The notes under the pieces are model-generated. The model saw nothing but the letters and a program-made list of their open reading frames with translations. It was not told the origin of the DNA and made no database searches. 64,000 nt of DNA from Okamejei kenojei (Eukaryota). Location: the NCBI GenBank assembly GCA_035221665.1, contig JAVHYY010000086.1:372001-436000 (forward strand). The letters run 5' to 3'. The position numbers and the translations under genes are program-made. The first letter of the stretch is position 1. Every line of letters starts with the position of its first letter. Shown piece by piece: positions 50,309-60,326 of the stretch.

Positions 50309-53029
50309 ATGCGTTGGCATACGATACGGAACGTAGAATCGTTGTATTATCCAATTCTTGCTGCAATTGGGGTTTTGGGTAAGTCTTCGTGAGCACATTT
50401 GGTCGAATGAACAACATGCTTTACCATGCGAGTTTTGATCGTAGGTGTAGAAGAGAGATACAAAAGGGAAAGAAAATGTTGGCGATGGGAGAGCAAGATA
50501 TATCAGCGCAGATGGAAATCAGGTTTCGACGTCGATTATTGTTCCTCTGTGTTATGGTATGATCACCTTCAATTTCTTTCCAACGGTAAAATTATTCTCG
50601 ATTCGCATGAATCGACGAAATGTGTAGGAATGAACTGCAGATGCTGATGTAAACCGAAGACAGATACTTCAAACGAGTACATCAGTGCGGCAGGCAGGAT
50701 CTCTGGATGTGCATCTTCTGAAGAAGGATCTCCACCGGAAACCTCACCCTTTCCTTCTTTGCGGAGATGCTGCCTGTCCCACTGAGTTACATCAACATGT
50801 CGTGTCTACCTTCGCATGTGGAGTACTTTATTTCTTGTTTGCATTTATTTATTCTTCACGCAGCCAATGACTAGAAACAGTAAAAACAAGAAAGTGGAGT
50901 TGTGGAGTTGATGAGCTGTATAATAATATTCGGAAACGACATCGAAACGGCTTGTATGAAATCGGACCGGGGGAGGCAAGAACATCTCTGCAAACGTTTT
51001 TCTCAACCGAACCCCCACCACGTCAGTTCCTGAATTGGCGCCTGGCAGTTTAAATCCAGCGAATGGCAGACAAGTAAATGCTGCTCATTTGATTTAACGT
51101 TGCTGGATTTCAGTGGTCTCAGCACTTGATTAAACCTCAATAGCAAATAAACAATGGATAATAGGTGCAGGAATATGCCATTCGGCCCTTCAAGCCAGCA
51201 CCGCCTTTCAATGTGATCATGGCTAATCATCCCCAATCAGTACCCCGTTCCTGCCTTCTCCCCTTTGACTCCGGTATCTGTAAAAGCCCTATCTAGCTCT
51301 CACTTGAAGGTATCCAGGGAACCGGCCTCCACCTCCCTCTGAGCCATACAAATTCCACAGACCTCCTGTCTTAATGCATCGCCAAAATTTAATCTAATTG
51401 CCTTGAGTTACCGAGCGGACTCGACACAAGGCCGAAAGGTTCGATGACTTTTGGGAAGCAGTTCATACGTTATTTAAAGAAACAATCTGTACTTGTTTTA
51501 ATTGGCATCTGGTCAATGATTACGGCAAGCACTCCCTGAAACTGCTTCGGCACAGTCAATGTTGCACGACGTGCCGGCATGTTCTGAGATGTTTTTTACT
51601 ATATTTCAGGTTACGCAAGCCAGGCGTAATTAAACTGTTGTCACACCGCACCAGAGGCGCGGAATCAAACGTAACCTCATGTGTTGTCTTTGTGTATTGC
51701 TAATTCGATCTCGTCATGAAAGCTTGCGTTTAGTTTGCGTGATGCAGGTGCAGCCTCATCACAACAAAGTGCTCGGCGAATTGGCCCAAGTGAACACAGA
51801 GATCCCTGTAGAACTGGTTCCACGCGGTGGAAAACCCGGTTTTCAGTCGCTTTGTTGGTTCCTCGAATTTCAATTCTGCGATGATGTAATTGGTGAAATT
51901 CAGCTATGCAAGTGTCCGCTGTCGAAACAAACGACGTCATCGAAGCAATGGCCCGATCTTTACTTAACTGTGTGACGGAACGGAAACCTGAAAGTACCGC
52001 CCAGGCTTCACCAAGTGGAATAATTGAATGTGTTTGGCCATTTACCAGTCAATAACTGCATATTTATTGTTATATACAGTATATCGTATCGTATACATAT
52101 ATTGTTCTTATTCTGTTTTAGTCAACCTAGTGGCGCTTGTGATTCTGTCCCGAGGAAAGTGCGGTCTGTCCAAATGCATCACTCGTTACCTGATGGCCAT
52201 GGCAGCAGCGGACCTCTCCGTTATAATCTGCAATGTGATGTTGTATCGGATGGCCGAAACGTATTGGCGGGACACTTTCTTACTCAACTTTTATGCCTGT
52301 AGATTCGTGCACTTCCTGGCTCCCGCGGCTATAGACTGTTCAGTTTGGTTCACTGTCGCATTTACTTTTGATCGTTTTGTGGCCATTTCCACGCAGCATC
52401 TAAAGTCAAAATATTGCACCAAGAGATCCGCGACGGTGATTATAGTCACACTGAGCGCAGGCTTCTGCTTAAAGAACATTCCCTGGGCATTCGCCTATGT
52501 TCCGTACAAGAGACCAAACGTGCCAGATTGGGGTTGCCTGTTAGCATCACAATTCTATACCTGGGCACCATGGATTGCGTTTTCTTGGACTGAACAGTTG
52601 CTCACCCCAGTTGTGCCATTCTGCTTGATTTTGCTGTTCAACGCGCTTACTATCAGACGCATTTTACTAGCGAGTCGGATCCGCAGGATGCTCCGTGATC
52701 CGTGCAACGGAGAGAAAGGGAAGGACGAGGAGATGAGTAACCGTAGGCGGTCCATCGTTTTACTAATTTCAATCTCCATGAGTTTTATTCTGCTCTGGGC
52801 CGCAACTGTCGTACATTTTGTTATCTTTCTCATTATCGCGGCTTTCAAACGTAGGAGTGACATTAATCCACTTTCAACTTTTCAACAAACTGCGATCATG
52901 CTTCAGCTGCTGAGTTCCTGCACGAACACTGCCATTTATACCGTGACGCAAAGGAAGTTCAGCCAAGAGCTACTCCGAGGGCTGAACTACCCCTTTACAC
53001 TGATTAGAAAATTGCTGAAACAGAGATAA
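50309..53029 (+). CDS. Orphan class A GPCR, GPR139/GPR142-like, 325 aa: exon 1 50309-50378, exon 2 52122-53029
   Basis: Exon 1 MRWHTIRNVESLYYPILAAIGVL ends at a phase-1 GTAAGT; acceptor TTTTAG gives (V)NLVALVIL. Same motifs as the 33840 paralogue (FDRF, CTNTAIY). The spliced CDS is 978 nt and open. Confidence 0.88.
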
Positions 53030-53059
53030 CGGCAGATTAAGGCACAGATTGTCATAAGA

Positions 53060-53490
53060 TAATAGGATCATGAGAGGAAGGGGTAGAATTCGGCCCATCA
53101 AGTCTAAACCGCCATTCAATCTAGGTTGATCTACCACACTCTCCTTACCCCATTATCCTGACTTCTCCCCATAACCTCTGACATCCATACTAATCAAGAA
53201 TCTTTCTATCTCTTCATTCAATATATCCGATGACTTTGCCTCCATTGAATTCTGCGGCAACGAATTCTACAGATTCGCCAGCTTCTGACTAAAGAAATTC
53301 CTCCTCATCTCCTTCCCATAAGAACGTCCTTTAATTCCAAGGCGATGACTTCTAGTCATAGCCTCTCCCACTAGTGGAAACATCCTTTCCACGTCCACTC
53401 TATGTACGCCTTTCACCATTCTGTACGTTTCAATGAGGTCCCCATCATTCTTCTAAAGTTAAGCTAATATAGGCCCAGTACCGTCAAAGC
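53060..53490 (-). mobile_element. CR1 LINE 3' fragment
   Basis: Homologous to 6100-6530. Confidence 0.7.
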
Positions 53491-54684
53491 TGACGTTTGG
53501 GTTTTGTTAACCTGGCTCGGTTGAATGCATAAAGTGTGGGTATATTCGTTCAAATATTATACGTCAAGGTCAATCAAATAAACATTTATGCTGCTTACAT
53601 CACTATTTTTTTTCATTAGTTCATCCCCTGAAACGTTTTTCTTCTGGCACCTTGCCCACAATTAACTCAGTCGCGAAGAAGGACAGTGTATTGTTGATAG
53701 GATATATTGAGTCGATTGGACCATAGGAAATTCCATCAAGTCGCTAACTCCCAGTCCCACCGGAACTGTAGGATTCATGTCGAAGATGTATTTCTGTGAT
53801 ACGTTTAGAGACTGCGACATTACCCGTTCTTGCACGTCTATGTATCTCATAATCTCCCTTTCTGTCCTCGACACTTTCCTTAAAGTGATTTCAATTTATT
53901 TTCCGACGGCTAAGTCCTTCCTTGACGCATGTTTTCGCTGTTAAATCAGCTTTTCTAAGTGTCAAGGGACACGTGATTGTTTGAAAACATGACTCGAGAA
54001 ATGTATCGAGTGGCGATACAAGTGCGATGTTTTTTTGGATAGAAGGAGGAAGATTAAATTGAGGGATCATTAAAATTCACTTGTCCGTTTTGTTCGAACT
54101 GCTGACGCGGCGAGGTTAGGATCAACCCTTGCTTCCTTTCTTGTTGAACATGTAACACGCCAATAGGTTGATGACATTAGTAGCGCCTCTCTGATACATT
54201 GGGAAAACACCAGACCTGATAGAAATTATTGTATACATTGAGTAGCAGATGAAAGGCGATGACGTAGATTACAAGACAGTTTTGGAATACATCCCAATAC
54301 ATATATCTGAATGCAATGGGAAAATAATGCAAATAATTTACACACCAAAGATGTGCTGCCATCCAATTAGATCACAATTAACCCGAGATATCTAACTCTG
54401 GACAGCCATCAACAGACATCAATCAATCTAGGAAATAGAATGAATGCGTTTGGCGGTACAAAAATTGCCACGTGGGGGTGTTGTGGGTGGAAGAGGTTTC
54501 CTTCCGCGCCCAATATATATGCAGGACTTTCCCTGCGTTATTTTGAGAAGCCTTGTTCCCTGTAACATTGCTGTGGATGTCCATTGCGATTACAGTATCA
54601 TGACCAGTCGCACGTAAGCGTTTGTAATTGTCAAGACATTTATTAATTCCCATAAATTCTCATGACGCATCGAAATCCATTAAT

Positions 54685-54822
54685 CATTCCATCCGTCCGT
54701 CCATCTGTCTGTCCGTCCACCTGTCTACTGCTCCGTCCGTCCGTCCATCCGTCATTCCATCCATCCATGCATACATCTATTCGTCCACCCGCCCATCAAC
54801 TCGTCTAACTATCCGTCTATCT
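54685..54822 (+). repeat. Degenerate (TCCG/TCCA/TCTG)n tetranucleotide microsatellite
   Basis: Visible directly in the sequence. Confidence 0.75.
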
Positions 54823-56805
54823 GTTGTTCGGCAAATCACCGGATTCAGCCAACATAGTTCGATTCGCTAGGTTTTGTTATTGCTCTACTAAATAAACCAC
54901 ATACACTCACGTATGTCCGTATATCGTGTGACGCACTCGCAAACCCGGAGAACACAGCAGAGCACGACGCAGGATGATCATGTTCTTGTTCTTCTGGCTC
55001 TGTTCCCGACACGGTCCATGGCTGGGGAACTCTCCTCGATGGGAGCCGGACAGCAGTCATCAAGGCATGTTATTATCAGAGCAGATCGTGCCACATGGCC
55101 CCGTCTGAAATGCTGTGCTGCTAATGTGGCTGCTTGCTCGATATTATATTTTAGCTGAAATTGTCCGTTTAACCCTTACACTGCACTCCATTCCTTGGAC
55201 CCATCAGCCTACATTAGCGCCCGTCGAACTATATGCCACTGAGTATACAAACATTAATAATCAAAGGTTCAGTATAATAATCCTATCTCAAAGAATGTGA
55301 GGTGATTATATGTTAAACTAACTCTCCATGCCATAATGGCGTGAGTTATGTGTTCTATCATACACGAAACTTGTCTCGGATGTCTCTGTGAAAGCAAAGA
55401 TTATATGTATGGCCTTACAACTGTCACTATGATTTACTGGTTCCTTATAATCAGCCCAAACAAGCTAATTTCACCTCGCATTAAACTCATGCACACCAAA
55501 CCCCGTTGCATTCGGCCTTCAGGCTCAATTCAACCCCTCTACTCTCTCGGCTACACTCACGCGGCATTAGGACAGTACACACGCGCAGAATATTATGCTC
55601 CCTACATCCGAAACCCCAAGACCACCAATTTGGAGCGTCCACTGCACCCCAATATCAACTGCCCAATATTGTACTTGTGACCCGCAAAGTGGGACCCGTT
55701 GACGGTCTGAATCTCCCATTGGGTGCAATACACGGTCATTGTCATAATCATACTTTGTTAGCCAAGTATGTTTTACAACATACGAGGTATTTGATATGCC
55801 ATGCACTATACTAATAAAAACTAACAGAACACAAAAAATACATTTAAACATAAATATCCACCACAGTGACTCCTCCACATTCCTCATTGTGATGGAAGGA
55901 GAAAGAAAAGTTAAATAGCTTCCCTTCATTGTTCTCTCGCAGTCGGGGGCGATCTTGACTGCCGTAGCTGATGATCACGTTCCTGCATCGGGGGGATCTC
56001 AGCTCACCGCTCCGGGCGATCGGACCATGGGTCGGGACCAGTCGAAAGCCCTTGCGACTTTGGAACTCCCGAATCGGTCTCTCCGAGACTGGGGGCTGGT
56101 TGATGTTAAAGTCCGCAGGCCGCGCTTGGAGCATCGAAGCCAGGCTAGGATTGGGCTACGATGGTAAGTGCGCGCCCCCGCGGTGGGGCTCGCAGTCATT
56201 CCCAAGCAAGGTCTCCAGCTGCATTATGTTGAGCAGCAGAGCGACCGGAGATTCGACCCGGAAAACAATCGCATCTCCGGCAAGGTACGAGATTGAAATC
56301 AGGTATTCACACGCCACCCTCCCCTTCCCACAACACACAACAAACCTGATAACATGAACACAAACTTTATAAACACACTAGATTAACTTTTAAAAAAGAC
56401 GAAAGTACAGAGGCCGCCATCGAGGCGCCACCCGGTGGTCTTATACGGCTTTATCCTTCAATATAGCATATCGACCAGAGATATTAACATATTATAGGCA
56501 TGAGCAATTCCCCACATTGTAACTGTTGCTCAAAACCAGGTTGCCTAGTTGACTAGTCCGGTTGGTATCACCCCGAAATGATGTTTTAGGGGTAACCCAC
56601 CGATTTCCATTTCTCAAACCGCGGCGCAGTGGAATAGCTTTGGCAGTGCTTTCCACCTTTAAGAGAATCGAGCAGGCGGATCGATTGATGGTGCGATTTT
56701 GGGAGATGTACCACCCAACCATACCGTTGGCAATCGCCAGCAATCGGTGTCGATTGCCTTGTCTGACCCAAGAGAGTCGCCTGCCTTGTCTTTTCAACCC
56801 ATACA

Positions 56806-56988
56806 NNNNNNNNNNNNNNNNNNNNNNNNNNNNNNNNNNNNNNNNNNNNNNNNNNNNNNNNNNNNNNNNNNNNNNNNNNNNNNNNNNNNNNNNNNNNNNN
56901 NNNNNNNNNNNNNNNNNNNNNNNNNNNNNNNNNNNNNNNNNNNNNNNNNNNNNNNNNNNNNNNNNNNNNNNNNNNNNNNNNNNNNNNN
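56806..56988. other. Assembly gap (N run), followed by a (CTGT)n microsatellite to about 57065
   Basis: Run of N. Confidence 0.99.
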
Positions 56989-57160
56989 GTCTGTCTGACT
57001 ATCTGTCTGTCTGTCTGTCTGGCTGTCTGACTATCTGTCTGTCTGTCTGGCTGTCTGACTGCTTATCTGCCTTTCGATCTGCTTTGTTTCCACTATAGTA
57101 AGTCGTTTTTTTTGCAACCCCGTGCTCAGCAGCGTTGTGTGCTCGCACGCCACCACGCTC

Positions 57161-57199
57161 AGTTTTTGTACAGCTCTCACGCTGCTCAGTATCACTGTG
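57161..57199 (-). promoter_or_regulatory. RSS of the supporting V (23-nt spacer)
   Basis: Minus strand: CACAGTG (57199-57193), 23 nt, ACAAAAACT (57169-57161). Confidence 0.93.
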
Positions 57200-57505
57200 C
57201 CGTGCGCGGACTCAACGCACAGTAATACAGAGCCGAATCGCCAAATTCCACTTCGGAGATCGTTAACCAGCATATTTTCTTGCCAGGATCAAGAGAACCG
57301 AACAGTCGTCCCCTGGGTGTCACTTCCTTATCCCGCTCGCCTAGAGTATTTCTTTGGAGAAGGAAATTTGGTGCATGTCCTGGGACCTGCCGGTACCAGA
57401 ACACTGTGTACGTACAGTGACCGGAATATGTACAGGTTAAAGTGACGGTGTCGCCATCAGGAGAAGTTTGTAGATGCGGAGTCTGTTCTCCTGGAGAAAT
57501 AGAAT
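57200..57505 (-). CDS. Leaderless supporting TCR-delta V segment of a NAR-TCR cassette
   Basis: Acceptor TTCCCGCAG. Open exon (D)SISPGEQTPHLQTSPDGDTVTLTCTYSGHCTYTVFWYRQVPG...KKICWLTISEVEFGDSALYYCALSPRT with an extra Cys in CDR1. It lacks the signal-peptide C-terminal residues seen in the other V exons, and no leader exon was found between it and the J. Confidence 0.88.
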
Positions 57506-59013
57506 CTGCGGGAATAGATAGAGAAAATAATCATGGGTCTATTTTCAATAATATGCTGTAAAGTTACAACCTGAAGAGATCTTGGTATCTCGCCAGTTTG
57601 CACGGTTTAAAACCGGCGTCAAATTTTCTGATCGTTGCAAAAAGGAATCTAAACTGCAGACGGTGATATACAGCGACCTGTTGGTGTGGAATATTAGTTG
57701 GTATAACGGCTGAAGTGGACGGCAGGGACCCTCAAATGTGTATTGCTCAATCGGGTACATTTGGAAAGCTGTAGGATGAAAGCAGCAGTTTGGGAATACT
57801 TGTGCAGCAGGTCAAGGTGACAGAAAATGCACGATGGGCCGAATTCCTATGCTATGAGTTGCCATGGTTTATCTTGATACCTATTACTTACTTCCCTTTT
57901 ACTTGATGAAATGCAATCATGAATAATTGTTATCATATCGATTATTTCCCACTACGAAAATGATATTTCGAGTAACCTATTTGAAGTATCACAACGGAAT
58001 CCCCAGCAATGTCTGAGAGCAAGGTAAAAGTTTAACTAGCGCTGCCTCTCCCGGGCACTGCGCAAAACTGTACAACTGTCAATCTTCAGTTTGTAGTGAA
58101 ACCACTCTAGATCATATGTGTCTACATTGAACGGGATAAATACAAAGTCCTGACTATATTTTGTCCTAATTCCTCCGACTTTTGTTTCTTTTATATGCCT
58201 TCCACACGTCTGTCACAATTCTATATTCGTTTCCTTTCGTTGCAGTCAGTTTCATTTTTTTTCCAAATGTGGGTCACACGCTTTTTTATTGTTGGCGGTT
58301 TACATTTTCCCACCGTGAGTATCTTTCCCACAGATTATCAGTCGTCGGTTTGGTTCAGTTAGTGCAGGTTTTGCGGGGGTTACTCAATCACACTCAGCAA
58401 TCCTGTTTTATTATTATCATTGCATCTCAGTGGTTTAATATTCAGAGCGCGTGGGTACACGATGCACTGTTCCTCCCTATGCATTGGATTAATGCATTAA
58501 CGCTTGAGAATCTCTCAGGCAGCCACTGTTACGTCGGCGGTTCCCGTTTGTATTTTGCATATTTATCAATTGTTATGGTAAGAATACCGTTGGCAAGTCC
58601 AACAATGATTGCCCCCCCCCCCCCCCCCTTCCAACTTCCAACTCAAATCCGTCTTTCCCTGGGGTGTGTTGTACGACAACTCTCTGCGTACACTCTTTCT
58701 GATGGAACTTAATTTCTCCTCATTCACGTCTCGATGACTCTGCATAAGCACATTGCGAAAATGGCGGTACTTTATTTCGAAGAAGACTGATGTAAAACCG
58801 GTCATGGTAGTGAATTTAATATGTGAACATAATACGTCGACGAAGGCTGTTCTGCGTGAAACATTAACGGATTCAGTTTCCACATCGCCCTCCTATCACC
58901 ATTAGGGTTTCATAACATTTGTACCATTACATGCATTTTTTTCATTTTCAATATTAATATGTTAAATATTGCTGGGAACAAAAGAAGGTGAGGTGAGGTG
59001 TGGTCACACTTAC

Positions 59014-59111
59014 CAGCCGTGACAGTCACCGTTGTCCCCGCTCCATCTTTGTAGTATGTGCTCGCAGAATACCACAGTGACCCGGTTCTTATTCACTCCA
59101 GATCAAGAACC
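59014..59111 (-). CDS. NAR-TCR J segment (coding 59072-59014) with 23-RSS (59073-59111)
   Basis: Reads YSASTYYKDGAGTTVTVTA, then a phase-1 GTAAGT donor. Heptamer at 59073-59079, 23-nt spacer, nonamer TCAAGAACC (+) at 59103-59111. Confidence 0.88.
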
Positions 59112-59441
59112 AGCGCTATTTCAAAGTGGATATAGCGAGATGCTATCCAATATTCCCTGATAATTCACCACATTTACCATCTGTGTATATCGCAGGTCCA
59201 CAATTCTCAGGTCCTCGGGTCCCCGGCTTTTGTGACCTGTTGACTGAGCGACATTTAGTTTTCCAACAGATGGCCTTGGGGCATGAGCCGCTAGTCGATA
59301 CACAAACAAGGGGCAACGCTTCAGAAAGAGAGAAGTTGCAATGAATCCCCACAGAAAATGTATGAGCGAAAACGTATCGTGCCAAATATCAACTCTAAAC
59401 CATCTCTGATCCCCGAGAGTACTATATATTCACTGTCCCGA

Positions 59442-59512
59442 GATTTTTGCTCGGCTCTCTTCCACTGTGATGCTCCAAGCATTGCACAGTGTTTCGCGTC
59501 AGTTTTATATCC
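59442..59512 (-). other. NAR-TCR D segment (15 nt, 59470-59484) flanked by two 12-RSS
   Basis: Plus strand: GATTTTTGC, 12 nt, CACTGTG, ATGCTCCAAGCATTG, CACAGTG, 12 nt, TTTATATCC (weak nonamer). Confidence 0.85.
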
Positions 59513-59827
59513 AAGGGGACTAAATAAGGGAGGTGGACAGAAATTAACTGCTGAGTGAATCCCATTCCAAGTCTCAACTGCTTGAGGGGGACCGCATCTT
59601 GAATTGTTGACTGGAACGAGGCATCAGTCACACCTGCCTCAACCCATGGACAACAATCTCGGGATAGGCGGCACCATCCGTGCACGATCACTACTGAGAA
59701 ATTCGAGTGTGTGAATAGCAGCAATCGAAATTCCGTTTTAACCCAGAACCAGGGTGGCGGAACCGTGGGGTTTAACGGTAGATTTATTCTCCCTTCTACA
59801 TCTCATGCTGCGACAATCTGCAGTGAG

Positions 59828-59865
59828 GATTTTTGTATCACATGAGGACCAGGGCCTTCACCGTG
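59828..59865 (-). promoter_or_regulatory. RSS of the NAR-type V (22-nt spacer)
   Basis: Minus strand: CACGGTG (59865-59859), 22 nt, ACAAAAATC (59836-59828). Confidence 0.9.
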
Positions 59866-60326
59866 TGCTTTGCCACCTGTACTCAGCTTGGCAGTAATAG
59901 GTGGCGCTGTCTTCAATTCTCAGATCCCGAATTTTCAACGTAAAGGTCATTTTTGCTTTGTCCACCCATGCAACAAATCGCCCCCCTCTGGTGATCAGCT
60001 GACGATCTGCGCCGGACTTGGTCTGCTTGAAGAATTTTCCAGCCTGAAAACGGTAAGTACCAGATGAACCATGTTGGAAACGGCAGGAGATTGTGAGAGA
60101 CTGACACTCCTTCCCGGTTACCTCCGTCGGGCTCTGGGTCACCGATTGACTTGCGGAAGCTGGAAACGAAACAAAGAGAGGTGGGAATTGGCATCAGTAG
60201 ACGACTTCAGGACAGAGGATTATTCAACATTCGAAATGCGTTCGGGTATTGAGGTAGTTAGACAGTTTGTGAAGGATACTCACGGCATATGCACAGGCAA
60301 AGAATAAAAAGTAATAGCATTCCCAT
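59866..60326 (-). CDS. NAR-TCR V segment (VNAR-like): leader exon 60326-60284, V exon 60159-59866
   Basis: Leader MGMLLLFILCLCIC ends at a phase-1 GTGAGT; acceptor TTTCCAG. The V reads QSVTQSPTEVTGKECQSLTISC...FFKQTKSGADRQLITRGGRFVAWVDKAKMTFTLKIRDLRIEDSATYYCQA. It shows the FR2/CDR2 deletion and GGRF motif typical of IgNAR V domains. Confidence 0.9.

Noticed and set aside
57105-57141. Second nonamer-like T run beyond the supporting-V RSS
   Set aside because: No heptamer at 12 or 23 spacing.
59014-60326. Interpretation as an ordinary IgNAR cluster
   Set aside because: Only one D was found, and the next exon after the J is a TCR-type V with its own RSS rather than an Ig constant exon.
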